Assembly (NCBI GenBank): GCA_947628965.1
Contig: CANRBV010000004.1
Location: forward strand, 1-54,405
DNA length: 54,405 nt
From: an uncultured Bacilli bacterium
Lineage (GTDB): Bacteria > Bacillota_I > Bacilli_A > RF39 > UBA660
Direction: 5' to 3'
How positions within the stretch are numbered: position 1 is the first letter of the stretch; the number at the start of each line of letters is the position of its first letter. The position numbers were made by a program, and so were the translations under genes. Below the pieces are notes generated by a model. That model was given only the letters and a program-made list of their open reading frames with translations. It was not told the origin of the DNA and did no database searches. Shown piece by piece: positions 44,035-54,301 of this stretch.

Positions 44035-46029
44035 ATGATAGAAAATGATATAAATTCGGTAAATGAAATTAAAGCCCTTGCACTTGATATGATTAGCAAT
44101 GCAAAAAGTGGCTATCCTGGGATTGCTTTATCTGCAGCACCCATATTGTATACTTTATATGCAAAACATTTAAATTTTAATCCAGAAAATCCAGGTTGGT
44201 TAAATCGAGATCGTTTTGTTCTTGCTTCTGGTCATGCTACGAGTGTTCTTTATGCAACATTACATATTTGTGGATTTCCTATAACAAAGGAAGATTTGAA
44301 ACAATATCGCAATATTGATTCTAACTTGCCTGGATATCCTGATAAGGAACTAACCCCTGGAATTGATGTTTCTATCGGAAGTGCTGGTTTAGGTATTAGT
44401 AATGGAGTTGGACTTGCTCTTGCTGAAAGATATCTTAGAAATATTGTAAAAAGTGAAGAGGAAGAACAAGCTTTAATCGATTATCGTACCTATGTATTTT
44501 GTAGTGATATTGATTTAATGGAAGGGGTAAGTTACGAAGCTACTTCTTTTGCTGGAGCCCAAAAACTAGATAAGTTTATGCTTTTATGCGATATTTCTGG
44601 AATTACAAATGATGGTGAAGTTAAAAATAATTTTATCGAAGACTTAGAAATGCGCTTTGAATCTATCGGTTTTTATGTGGGAACTGTAAAGGATGGTAGT
44701 AATTTAAAACTTATTGATAAAGCAATCACCAATGCGAAAAAAAGTAAAAAACCATCCGTAGTATTCTTTAAAACAATTATAGGTAAAGATTCTCGTAATG
44801 AAAATAAAAGTGTTTCTTTTGAAGGACCATTAAGTGACGATGATGTTTTTGCGATAAAAAGAAAATTAAATGTTACAGTTGCTCCTTTTGAAGTTAGAAA
44901 GGATTCAGTTGTCTATATTCGTTCTTTAATTAATAATCGTGTCAGAGAAAAATATAGTCTTTACATCAATTCTTTTAATAAAATAAAGTCTTCGGCAAAC
45001 GACCGATTACTAAAATTATTGCAACTATTAGTAAATAAAGAATTTAATATCCCTTTTGAAAGTTTAAATTTTAAAGTAAATGATTCCTATAATGAAAATC
45101 TTTTAATGACAAATCATAAAATTTTAAATATGGTTGCTTCGAAAACAGAATTTTTATTTGGAGGAAGTGCAGATGTTGCTTCTACTACTAAAGTCTATAT
45201 TGATCATACGAGTATTCAAAGTCCTGAAAAACCATTAGGAAGAAATATTAATTTTGGTTTAAGAGAAGAAGCCATGGCTGGTATTTTAAATGGTATCTCG
45301 TTAAGTGGTTTAAAAACTTATTGTAGTACTAAATTAATAAATGCGGATCGATTAAAAAGTTCTATGCGCTTGAGTGCTTATATGCAACTACCAATTGTTT
45401 ACTTTTTTACACATGATGGTTTTGGTAACGGAGAAGATGGTCCTACTCAAGAAAGCTTAGAACAACTTGATATGTTAAGAAGTATTCCTAATCTGAAGGT
45501 TTTCCGTCCTAGTGATATTAATGAGGTTTTGGGAATATGGGAATATATCTGTAAAGAAAAGGGTCCTATTTGTGTAATACTTGGAAATAATAAAATGCCT
45601 AAGGTTTTAAATACACATCCTAAATTGACACTAAAAGGCGGTTATATTGTAAAAAAAGAAGAGGTACACTTGGATGGAATTCTAGTTGCAACTGGACGTG
45701 AAGTTTTAGATGCTTTAAATATTGCTGTTGAGCTCAAAAAAGAAAATTTAGATATTCGTGTGGTTACAATGCCTTCTATTGAACTTTTCTTAAAACAAGA
45801 TAAAACTTATCAAGATCAAATATTGCCTAAAACATGTAAAACGATTGTATTGGAACCAAATAGTAAACTTTCTTGGGGCATTTTTGTAAAGGATCCTAAT
45901 GATATAATTGGTTTAAATGATTTTGGTTATAGTGGTCACCAAGAAGAAATTTTAAGAAAAATAGGTTATGATTATGAAAGTTTAAAAATTACAATTGCTA
46001 AACTTTTTCTTAGTAATAGAAAAAATTGA
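44035..46029 (+). CDS. tkt: Transketolase homologue, probably catalytically impaired
   Basis: RDRFVL.SGH, GSAD, FG.RE, THD..G.GEDGPT; lexA-tkt-sirA-yneF synteny; many active-site substitutions. Confidence 0.9.
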   Translation: MIENDINSVNEIKALALDMISNAKSGYPGIALSAAPILYTLYAKHLNFNPENPGWLNRDRFVLASGHATSVLYATLHICGFPITKEDLKQYRNIDSNLPGYPDKELTPGIDVSIGSAGLGISNGVGLALAERYLRNIVKSEEEEQALIDYRTYVFCSDIDLMEGVSYEATSFAGAQKLDKFMLLCDISGITNDGEVKNNFIEDLEMRFESIGFYVGTVKDGSNLKLIDKAITNAKKSKKPSVVFFKTIIGKDSRNENKSVSFEGPLSDDDVFAIKRKLNVTVAPFEVRKDSVVYIRSLINNRVREKYSLYINSFNKIKSSANDRLLKLLQLLVNKEFNIPFESLNFKVNDSYNENLLMTNHKILNMVASKTEFLFGGSADVASTTKVYIDHTSIQSPEKPLGRNINFGLREEAMAGILNGISLSGLKTYCSTKLINADRLKSSMRLSAYMQLPIVYFFTHDGFGNGEDGPTQESLEQLDMLRSIPNLKVFRPSDINEVLGIWEYICKEKGPICVILGNNKMPKVLNTHPKLTLKGGYIVKKEEVHLDGILVATGREVLDALNIAVELKKENLDIRVVTMPSIELFLKQDKTYQDQILPKTCKTIVLEPNSKLSWGIFVKDPNDIIGLNDFGYSGHQEEILRKIGYDYESLKITIAKLFLSNRKN

Positions 46030-46034
46030 CAAAA

Positions 46035-46041
46035 TTCGACA
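46035..46041 (-). promoter_or_regulatory. Spo0A box upstream of sirA
   Basis: TTCGACA = reverse complement of consensus TGTCGAA, at the -35 zone of TATACT (46063). Confidence 0.65.
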
Positions 46042-46084
46042 AAAGATAATAACGTTTTAATCTATACTAAAATTGGTGAAAAAA

Positions 46085-46501
46085 ATGCGTACATTTTATA
46101 TTTTTAAAATTAAAGAGGAATATGCAACCCTTACCAAAAATAATCCTTATCAACTTTTTAGAATGTTAGATTTTATTTATACATTAGATAAAAGTGATGC
46201 AAATAAAGGAGCCGATTTATTTTATAAAGTTGTAGAGCGTTTTAATGAAAAAAATTTAGATATTCATCTATTTAAAAAATATCGAGAAAATTATTTTTAT
46301 ACAAAATATAAAAATGTCCATCAAATAAATAATTTATATAAAAAAGAAGAATCAAAATTGATTGTTAAAAAACATTTTTTACTTTTAAAAAGCACTTTAA
46401 TTAAACCTACGTTTATCGAAGATTTAAAAGAAGAAAATCATCTGTTTTTATGTGATTTTGAAAATAAGGATTATTTTTGGTTGGATAAACTTGCAGTCTA
46501 A
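46085..46501 (+). CDS. sirA: Sporulation inhibitor of replication SirA (YneE)
   Basis: FYIFKIKEEYA N-terminus, FLCDF..KDYFWL C-terminus; tkt-sirA-yneF synteny. Confidence 0.8.
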   Translation: MRTFYIFKIKEEYATLTKNNPYQLFRMLDFIYTLDKSDANKGADLFYKVVERFNEKNLDIHLFKKYRENYFYTKYKNVHQINNLYKKEESKLIVKKHFLLLKSTLIKPTFIEDLKEENHLFLCDFENKDYFWLDKLAV

Positions 46502-46542
46502 AAAAAATTTTAGTAGAATAATATAGAAAAGGAGGAACTTTT

Positions 46543-46752
46543 ATGTTACATGATATTTTATTAATACTTATTGGTTTAATTGTTGGACTTATTCTTGGTT
46601 TTGTTGGTGCGCGTTTTGCTATGAAAAAATATATGCAAAAAAATCCTCCCATTAATGAAAAAATGATTGAAGCAATGATGAGTAGTATGGGTCGAAAACC
46701 GAGTCAAAAACAAGTAAATCAAGTTATGAAACAAATGAGCCGTTATATGTAA
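46543..46752 (+). CDS. yneF: YneF family membrane protein
   Basis: TM helix then KNPPINEKMI..MM..MGRKPSQKQVNQ. Confidence 0.95.
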   Translation: MLHDILLILIGLIVGLILGFVGARFAMKKYMQKNPPINEKMIEAMMSSMGRKPSQKQVNQVMKQMSRYM

Positions 46753-46826
46753 CGTGCTTTTTTAGTAATTGACTAAAAAATTAGAATATGGTATTCTTAT
46801 GAATAGGATAAAAGGTGGTGAAAAAT

Positions 46827-47651
46827 ATGGAATTTCTAAATAAATTATATAGTAATGAATACTTTGGAATTGGTTTATTTGTAGTAATGTCCATACTTGC
46901 TTTTACATTTTTAGTAGTACTATTTTTTGGTAAAAAGGATGAAAAAGCAAGAATAAAAGAAGAAAAATTGTTAAATGAAGAAAAAGAAGAGGAGCCTATA
47001 AAACAAGAGGATTTAGATACAATTACTTTAAATGAAGATGCAATTGCATCAGAACCAAAAGAAGAAAATGACCAAATAGAGATTGAAGAAAATTTTAATA
47101 GACTTGAAAATGAAGAAGACTCTAAAGAAGAATTAGAAACTTTTGAAGAGAAAAAAATAGAAGATATCGATCCATTTGTAACAAGCAATTTGGTTTTAAA
47201 TACGGATTATATTAACGAAGAATCTAATAATCAAGAAACACCAAGTGTAGATGCTACTTCGGATATCTATAATTTAAATAATGTCATGCAAGAAAATCTT
47301 GATTTTATGAATGAAGAAGAATCTATTGAGGATGTTTTAAGTAAGTATGATCAATGGGAAGAACAAACAGAACATGAGGATACTTTAGATATTACAAGAC
47401 CTGTTATTGAAGAAGTAACACCAAGTAATATATTTACAGAAGATGTAGAAACTAATAAGGTCGTTAATGCTCCATTTAGTTCTGTTTATTTAGAAAATGA
47501 AAAAAATGAAGAAGCAGAAGAACCAGAAAAAGAAATAAATTTTAATAGCGATACTAAAGCTTTTGAACTTCCTAAAAGAGTAGATTTACCAAAACGTAAT
47601 GATCAAGATGTTAATGAAAATATCATAACATTCATGAATGAAGATAAATAG
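46827..47651 (+). CDS. Membrane protein with a long acidic disordered tail
   Basis: N-terminal TM helix, E/D-rich remainder, ending in LPKRVDLPKR. Confidence 0.75.
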   Translation: MEFLNKLYSNEYFGIGLFVVMSILAFTFLVVLFFGKKDEKARIKEEKLLNEEKEEEPIKQEDLDTITLNEDAIASEPKEENDQIEIEENFNRLENEEDSKEELETFEEKKIEDIDPFVTSNLVLNTDYINEESNNQETPSVDATSDIYNLNNVMQENLDFMNEEESIEDVLSKYDQWEEQTEHEDTLDITRPVIEEVTPSNIFTEDVETNKVVNAPFSSVYLENEKNEEAEEPEKEINFNSDTKAFELPKRVDLPKRNDQDVNENIITFMNEDK

Positions 47652-47743
47652 TTCAAATTATTTGTAAAAAAATGTAAAGATTCTTTACTTTTTTTTTTTT
47701 GCTCTTTATAATAAAAAACATCAATTGTTGGGAGATGATAGAC

Positions 47744-50065
47744 TTGAAAAATTCTTTACCAGTTTTATTATTAAAGAATCTTCTTCTTCTTCCCAATCAA
47801 GAAGTTAAACTAGAATTAACCAATTCTTTAAGTCAAAGTGTTATCTCATTAGCAAGTAATGAATATAAAAATGAACTGATTGTTTTACCATTAAAAGATC
47901 AAATGGAGGAAAAGCCTGAAATTAGTGATTTGCCTAAAGTAGCTATTGTTACCAAAGTAAAAAGTAAAATAGAATTACCAAATGGCAATTTTAGAGTTAC
48001 TTTAAGAGGATTATTTCGTGCAGAAGTAAAGTCATTAGTAAATAATGACGAAGAAAAAGAAGTTTTAGAGTGCTTTTATGAAAAAATGTCTATTCCAGAA
48101 TATGATGAAATAGAAGCCTTAGCTTTACAACGAAAAATAGAAAAATTAGTTACTCAATATGTTCAAAGTGATGGAGTATCCAATAGTATTTTAAATATTA
48201 TAAAGAATGTAAAAGACTTAAATAAATTAACGGATATTGTAGCTTCTTTTTTACCAATTTCTTTCTCTCGTAAACTTTTTTATATTGAACAGATGAATCC
48301 TGTCGTCCGTGGAGAAGGACTTGTTTTAGATTTGAATTTGGAATTGCAAGTAATGAAACTTGATGAACAAATTGAAGAAAAATTTCAAAATGGTTTAGAA
48401 GAAAGTCAAAAAGAGTTTATTTTAAAAGAAAAATTGCGAGAAATTCAAGAAGAATTAGGACAAACCAATGCTAAGCAAGAGGAAATAGAACAATATCGAG
48501 CCAATTTAAAAAAATTAAATATTCAAAATGATAAAATTGTAACTAAAATTGAGCAAGAAATAAAAAAACTAGAATTAATGAGTGAAACAAGTCCAGAATG
48601 TTCTAATATTCGAAATTATTTAGACTGGATGCTAAGTCTTCCTTGGGAAACTGAGACGATAGATGAAACAAATTTAGATAAAATTAAAATAAATTTAGAC
48701 AAAACGCATTTTGGTCTTGATGAAGTTAAAAATAAAATAATCGAATATATTGCAGCCAAAAAAAGGAATGCCAATGTTAATACTCCAATTCTTTGTTTGG
48801 TAGGTCCTCCTGGAGTTGGAAAAACAACGCTTGCTAAGTCCATTGCTGAAAGTCTTCATCGATCTTTTTATAAAATTAGTGTAGGAGGGTTAAATGAAAG
48901 TTCTATTTTGACGGGTTATCGAAGAACTTATTTAGGATCCAGTCCTGGAAAAATTATTGAAGCTTTGAAAAAATGTAAATCTAAAAATCCAGTTATCTTA
49001 ATTGATGAAGTAGATAAGATGGTAAAAGATTATAAGGGAGATCCTTCTAGTACTTTGTTGGATATTTTAGATAAAGAGCAAAATAAATATTTTATAGATC
49101 ATTATATTGAAGAAGAATTTGACCTATCACATGTTTTGTTTATTTTAACGGCTAATTATAAAGAAGATATTCCCAATGAATTATCGGATCGATTAGAAGT
49201 AATTAATTTAACAAGTTATACATTATCTGAAAAAGTTTTTATTACTAAAAAATATTTAATACCAACTTTATTTGAAGAACATAACCTTTCTTCTAAAAAT
49301 ATAAAATTTACGGATATAGCCATTAGAGAAATTATAGATTCTTATACTTATGAAGCAGGAGTAAGAGACTTATATCGAGTTTTAACCACTTTGGTAAGAA
49401 AGTTAATTGTTCAAAATAAATTAGAGGAGATAAAAATAACCCATGAGATTTTATTGGAACTATTAGGTGTAGGAAAATACGTACAAACTTCTTTAGTCGA
49501 AAAGGGCTATGCGGGAGTTGTTAATGCACTTGCTACTACGAACCATGGGGGAATGGTTACTCCAATAGAAACCTGTTTTTATGATGGAGAGGGAAAAATA
49601 AAAATTACTGGATTAGTGGAAAGAGTAATGGATGAAAGTATAGCTGTTTCTATAAGTTACATATTAAGTCATACTACTTTATTTAATATAAACAAAAATG
49701 ATTTTAAAAATAAAGATATTCATATTCACATATTGGAAGCAGGAATGAAAAAAGATGGACCTAGTGCGGGGGTAAGTATTACTACGGCCTTAATTAGTTT
49801 GGCAATAAATAAAAAAGTACCAAGTTGGATTGCTATGACAGGAGAAATTACTTTATTAGGATTTGTAAATAAAGTAGGAGGAATAAAAGAAAAATTGATA
49901 GGTGCTTATCATGAGGGTATGAAAAAGGTATTTATTCCAAAAGAAAATCATTATGATTTATTGAATGTACCCCAAGAGATATTAGAAAAATTAGAAATTA
50001 TAGAAGTAGAACGATATGAAGAGATTTATAAAGAGATTTTTGAAAAGAAAGAAATCTCAGTTTAA
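47744..50065 (+). CDS. lon: ATP-dependent Lon protease
   Basis: GPPGVGKT, LIDEVDK, DGPSAG (Ser), GGIKEK (Lys); likely start TTG47744 after GGAG. Confidence 0.96.
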   Translation: MKNSLPVLLLKNLLLLPNQEVKLELTNSLSQSVISLASNEYKNELIVLPLKDQMEEKPEISDLPKVAIVTKVKSKIELPNGNFRVTLRGLFRAEVKSLVNNDEEKEVLECFYEKMSIPEYDEIEALALQRKIEKLVTQYVQSDGVSNSILNIIKNVKDLNKLTDIVASFLPISFSRKLFYIEQMNPVVRGEGLVLDLNLELQVMKLDEQIEEKFQNGLEESQKEFILKEKLREIQEELGQTNAKQEEIEQYRANLKKLNIQNDKIVTKIEQEIKKLELMSETSPECSNIRNYLDWMLSLPWETETIDETNLDKIKINLDKTHFGLDEVKNKIIEYIAAKKRNANVNTPILCLVGPPGVGKTTLAKSIAESLHRSFYKISVGGLNESSILTGYRRTYLGSSPGKIIEALKKCKSKNPVILIDEVDKMVKDYKGDPSSTLLDILDKEQNKYFIDHYIEEEFDLSHVLFILTANYKEDIPNELSDRLEVINLTSYTLSEKVFITKKYLIPTLFEEHNLSSKNIKFTDIAIREIIDSYTYEAGVRDLYRVLTTLVRKLIVQNKLEEIKITHEILLELLGVGKYVQTSLVEKGYAGVVNALATTNHGGMVTPIETCFYDGEGKIKITGLVERVMDESIAVSISYILSHTTLFNINKNDFKNKDIHIHILEAGMKKDGPSAGVSITTALISLAINKKVPSWIAMTGEITLLGFVNKVGGIKEKLIGAYHEGMKKVFIPKENHYDLLNVPQEILEKLEIIEVERYEEIYKEIFEKKEISV

Positions 50066-50184
50066 ATTTCTTTTTTTTAAAATTAAAATAAAAGAAAACT
50101 ACCCTAAGGAAATTGTTGGGAAATACTTGTGTTTTTTCTTTTTTTTTTTTATAATAATTTGTAGTAACATAGGAGTATAAAGGT

Positions 50185-51429
50185 ATGAGAAGAATATTAG
50201 CTAGTATGGACATTGGTTCTAATACAATAAAAATTATTGTAGCTGAAATAGTAAAAAGAAAAGTCAATATTTTAGCCGTTTCGGAAACAAATACTAAAGG
50301 ATTCAAAAATGGCCTTGTTGTTAATAAGGATACTTTTGTTTCGGCTTTAAAAGAAACATTAAAAAAAGCAGAAGATATTCTGGGTTTAAAGATCCAAAAG
50401 ATAATTATTACCGTTCCTTCTTTTCATACGAAATTTCTTATTAGTGAAGGAAGTACCACGATTACGAGTGAAGACAAAATAATAAAAGGTAACGATATTA
50501 TAAGAGCAATGCAAGCTTCCGTTTATAATAAAATACCAGAGAATTATGAAATTGTAGATGTTGTTCCAACCAAATTTATAGTTAATGAGCAAGAACCTGT
50601 TTTAAATCCATTGGATAGGACTGCTAATAAGTTGCATGTAAAAACATTAATTACTGTGATTCCAAAAGAAGAGATGATGCCTATTTTAGAATGCTTTTCT
50701 AAAATAGATGTTGAAGTAATAGGAACGAATTTAACTTCGGTAGGCGATTATTATGCTATAAAAAATGATAAAATGGATAACGATGTGGGAGCAATATTAA
50801 ATATTGGAAGTGAAAGTACAACCATTTCTATATTTAATAAAGGCATACTTGTGAATACTTCTGCAATCGAAATTGGTGGACAAAATATCGATAATGATAT
50901 ATCATTTATATATAAGGTAACGAAAAATGATGCTAAAAACATCAAAGAAACGTTAGGACTTGCCCATAAAAGACAGGCCTTAGCAAACAATACCACTGTC
51001 GTTACCAATAAATTAGGAGAAAGCATCACGATTAATCAATATGAGTTAAGTGAAATTATAATGAGTCGATTAGAAGAAATTCTAAATTTAGCAAGAAAAC
51101 AAATTAATTACTTAACAAAAAAGGAAATTCATTATATAATAGTAACGGGTGGCGTAAGTGAGACGGAAGATTTTGCCTTGACTCTTGAAAGTGTTTTTGG
51201 CAAAAGTGCTAAACTTGCTCTTATTCACGAAATTGGAGTACGAAATAATAAATATTCTGCCTGTTTAGGTATTCTTAAAAACTTTGATAATAAGTTGCGA
51301 TTGCGTGGAAATGCTTATTCTATATTTTCAATAGAAGAATTGGAAGAATTAAGTGGTAAACATAAAAAACTAAATATATCGGATAATTCGGTATTAGGAA
51401 AATTATTTGGATATTTTTTTGATAATTAA
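50185..51429 (+). CDS. ftsA: Cell division protein FtsA
   Basis: DIGSNTIK, NIGSEST, TGGVS; C-terminal amphipathic helix VLGKLFGYFFDN; upstream of ftsZ. Confidence 0.95.
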   Translation: MRRILASMDIGSNTIKIIVAEIVKRKVNILAVSETNTKGFKNGLVVNKDTFVSALKETLKKAEDILGLKIQKIIITVPSFHTKFLISEGSTTITSEDKIIKGNDIIRAMQASVYNKIPENYEIVDVVPTKFIVNEQEPVLNPLDRTANKLHVKTLITVIPKEEMMPILECFSKIDVEVIGTNLTSVGDYYAIKNDKMDNDVGAILNIGSESTTISIFNKGILVNTSAIEIGGQNIDNDISFIYKVTKNDAKNIKETLGLAHKRQALANNTTVVTNKLGESITINQYELSEIIMSRLEEILNLARKQINYLTKKEIHYIIVTGGVSETEDFALTLESVFGKSAKLALIHEIGVRNNKYSACLGILKNFDNKLRLRGNAYSIFSIEELEELSGKHKKLNISDNSVLGKLFGYFFDN

Positions 51430-51697
51430 GGAGAATGTATTATGGATGGAGATTAAATATAAAGAATAATTCGGTATTAGGAAAATTATTTGGATATTTT
51501 TTTGATAATTAAGGAGAATGTATTATGGATGGAGATTAAATATAAAGAATAATTCGGTATTAGGAAAATTATTTGGATATTTTTTGATAATTAAGGAGAA
51601 TGTATTATGGATGGAGATTAAATATAAAGAATAATTTGGTATTAGAAAAATTATTTGGATATTTTTTGATAATTAAGGAGAGTGTAACATGGACGGA
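51371..51697 (+). repeat. 83/82-bp tandem repeat (about 3.7 copies) of the ftsA 3' end, RBS and start codon
   Basis: ataatt(c/t)ggtatt anchors at 51383, 51466, 51549, 51631; T-run lengths 7,7,6,6; the last copy supplies the ftsZ ATG. Confidence 0.97.
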
Positions 51698-52774
51698 TTA
51701 GGAACAAATGGACTTAAATTAAATCCAATAGCAAAAATTAAAGTATTTGGTGTTGGTGGAGGCGGATGTAACGCTGTTAATCGAATGGTAGAAGAAGGAG
51801 TACAAGGTGTTGAATTTTATGTTGTGAATACAGATAAGCAAGTTTTAGATGATTCTAAAGCTGAACATAAAATTCAAATTGGAGAAAGTATTACAGGTGG
51901 ACGTGGAGCTGGATCAAATCCTGAAGTAGGTCGCGAAGCGGCATTAGAAAATAAAAGCGAAATTGAAAATGCGATTCGTGGTGCTGATATGGTTTTCATT
52001 GCTTGTGGTTTAGGTGGTGGTACTGGTACGGGTGCTGCGCCAGTTGTTGCAGAAATTGCCCAAGAATTAGGAGCTCTAACGGTTGGAATTGTAACAAAGC
52101 CTTTTCGTTTTGAAGGAACAACAAGAATGGAACATGCTTTAGTTGGTTTAGAAGAATTAAAAAAACATGTTGATACTTTAATCATTATTCCAAATGATCG
52201 ATTAAGAGAAATTATAGATAAAACAACAACTTTTGAAGATGCCTTTAAAGAAGTTGATAATGTCTTACATAGAGGAGTTCAATCTATTTCTGATTTAATA
52301 GCGGTAACAGGTTTAATTAACCTTGATTTTGCCGATGTAAAAACGGTTATGCAAAATTCAGGAACAGCTTTAATTGGTATTGGTATGGGTATTGGTGATA
52401 ATCGTGCAATTGATGCAGCAGAACAAGCCGTATCCAGTGCTCTTTTGGAAACGACCATTGAAGGTGCTACTGATGCGATTGTAAATGTTACAGGTGGATC
52501 CTCTTTAGGTATGTTCGAAGCAGAAGATGCCGTTGAAACTGTCCGTGCTGCTGCTGGAAATGATATTAATATTATTTTTGGAGCAATTAAAAATGAAAAT
52601 TTAACTGATGAAGTTATTGTAACTGTAATTGCAACTGGTTTTGATGGAGCTAAAAAAGATAGAGAAAATCGTGAGGAATTAAATTCACGTGAGCAAAAAA
52701 TGAAAAGAAGCATGGATGATGATGATTCTGAATACGATATTCCTCCATTTTTAAGAAATCACGATAATTTTTAA
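51689..52774 (+). CDS. ftsZ: Cell division protein FtsZ
   Basis: [31 protein letters not shown] tail. Confidence 0.99.
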   Translation: MDGLGTNGLKLNPIAKIKVFGVGGGGCNAVNRMVEEGVQGVEFYVVNTDKQVLDDSKAEHKIQIGESITGGRGAGSNPEVGREAALENKSEIENAIRGADMVFIACGLGGGTGTGAAPVVAEIAQELGALTVGIVTKPFRFEGTTRMEHALVGLEELKKHVDTLIIIPNDRLREIIDKTTTFEDAFKEVDNVLHRGVQSISDLIAVTGLINLDFADVKTVMQNSGTALIGIGMGIGDNRAIDAAEQAVSSALLETTIEGATDAIVNVTGGSSLGMFEAEDAVETVRAAAGNDINIIFGAIKNENLTDEVIVTVIATGFDGAKKDRENREELNSREQKMKRSMDDDDSEYDIPPFLRNHDNF

Positions 52775-52783
52775 ACAAATACA

Positions 52784-52812
52784 AAAAATGACATAATCTT
52801 ATGTCTTTTTTT
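52784..52812 (+). terminator. Intrinsic terminator after ftsZ
   Basis: gacataa-tc-ttatgtc followed by T8. Confidence 0.7.
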
Positions 52813-52835
52813 TATACAATTTTTTTGGTGATATT

Positions 52836-53621
52836 ATGAAAGTCTATGTAGATATGGTTTTTCTTTTAAACTTTTACTTAGATTTTTTACTTTTAATGAC
52901 AACCTCTGTTACTTTAAAAAGAAATGTAACAATAAAAAGATTACTTTTAGGAACCCTAATAGGAAGTACTTCTATCTTTTTTCTCTTTTTTTCGATATCT
53001 TCCATTTTACTATTGTTTTTTAAATTTTTTATTGCTTTTTTTATGATAATTGCAACCTTTCATTTTAAAGATTTAAAATATACTTTAAATAATTTGAGTT
53101 ACTTTTACATGATTAGTGTAATTTTAGGGGGATTTTTATATTATTTAAATGTTGAATTTTCTTATTCCCATATAGGACTCGTTTTCTTTTCTAAAAAATT
53201 AAATGTAAATGGAGTGTTTTTACTCATAATTTCTCCAATTATTTTATATATCTATTATAGGCAGTCAAAAAAATTTAAATCAATGTATAACTTAATTTAT
53301 GATGTAAATATAATAATACAAAAACAGAAATGGCATTTAAAAGGATTTTTGGATACAGGAAATAAACTTGTAGATCCTATTACCAACAAGCCAATTATTT
53401 TACTTGAAAAAGGTGTAATAGAGGAAAAAAATTTGAAAGTTTATTATGTTCCTTATAATGGATTAGAAGAACATAAACTTTTAAAATGTTTTAAACCTAC
53501 TTCTGTAGAAATTGAAAAAAAGAAATTTAAAAATGTTCTTCTCGGTATAAGCGACAAAAAATTTCATTTAGATGGTGTAGAATGTTTATTAAATAATAAA
53601 ATAATGGAGGATTTATCATGA
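52836..53621 (+). CDS. spoIIGA: Pro-sigmaE processing aspartic protease
   Basis: VYVDMVFLLNF.LD, multiple TM helices, FLDTGN catalytic motif; precedes sigE. Confidence 0.95.
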   Translation: MKVYVDMVFLLNFYLDFLLLMTTSVTLKRNVTIKRLLLGTLIGSTSIFFLFFSISSILLLFFKFFIAFFMIIATFHFKDLKYTLNNLSYFYMISVILGGFLYYLNVEFSYSHIGLVFFSKKLNVNGVFLLIISPIILYIYYRQSKKFKSMYNLIYDVNIIIQKQKWHLKGFLDTGNKLVDPITNKPIILLEKGVIEEKNLKVYYVPYNGLEEHKLLKCFKPTSVEIEKKKFKNVLLGISDKKFHLDGVECLLNNKIMEDLS

Positions 53622-54301
53622 TAAAAAAATTATTATTGTGGTTAAAAATTAAATATGCGAATTGCTTTTTTGTGGGAAGTAGTGATAAGTTACCACCTCC
53701 ACTTAGTAAAGAAGAAGAACTTGCTTTATTAATACGTATGCAAGAAGGTGATGACCATGCAAGAGAACTATTAATTGAACATAATTTACGTTTAGTTGTA
53801 TTTCTAGCCAAAAAATATGAATCAAGTGGCTATGACATTGAAGATTTAGTGAGTATAGGGTCTATTGGATTAATAAAAGGAATTAATACTTACAAAATAG
53901 ATAAAAATATTAAATTAGCAACTTATGCATCCCGCTGTATTGCTAATGAAATTTTAATGTTTTTAAGAAAAAACAAACGAAGAAAAACGGAAATTTCTTT
54001 TGAAGATGCGCTAAATTATGATTCTGAAGGGAATGAACTGCATTTAGAAGATATTCTAGGAACGGATGAAGATATTGTTATAAAAGAATTTGAAAGTTCT
54101 ATGGATAAAAAAATGCTTGCGGATGAAATTAATAAATTAGATGAAAGAGATCGCCAAATCATGATATTAAGATACGGGTTAAACAATACGGAAGAATATA
54201 CGCAAAAAGAAGTAGCAGAAATGTTGGGAATTAGTCAATCTTATATTTCTAGAATTGAAAAAAAAGTTATTAAAAATTTAAAAAATTTATTAAAAATTTA
54301 A
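53618..54301 (+). CDS. sigE: Sporulation sigma factor SigE (pro-form)
   Basis: Pro-sequence then GSSDKLPPPL, LIEHNLRLVV, KLATYASRCI.NEILM, TQKEVA..LGISQSYISRIEK. Confidence 0.95.
   Translation: MIKKLLLWLKIKYANCFFVGSSDKLPPPLSKEEELALLIRMQEGDDHARELLIEHNLRLVVFLAKKYESSGYDIEDLVSIGSIGLIKGINTYKIDKNIKLATYASRCIANEILMFLRKNKRRKTEISFEDALNYDSEGNELHLEDILGTDEDIVIKEFESSMDKKMLADEINKLDERDRQIMILRYGLNNTEEYTQKEVAEMLGISQSYISRIEKKVIKNLKNLLKI

Noticed and set aside
47688-50150. Long poly-T runs upstream of lon and ftsA as phase-variable tracts
   Set aside because: They are intergenic, fit terminator U-tails or AT-rich spacers, and disrupt no reading frame.
51371-51697. CRISPR array interpretation of the ftsA-ftsZ repeats
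   Set aside because: Units are contiguous with no unique spacers, derive from the ftsA end and RBS, and no cas genes are present.
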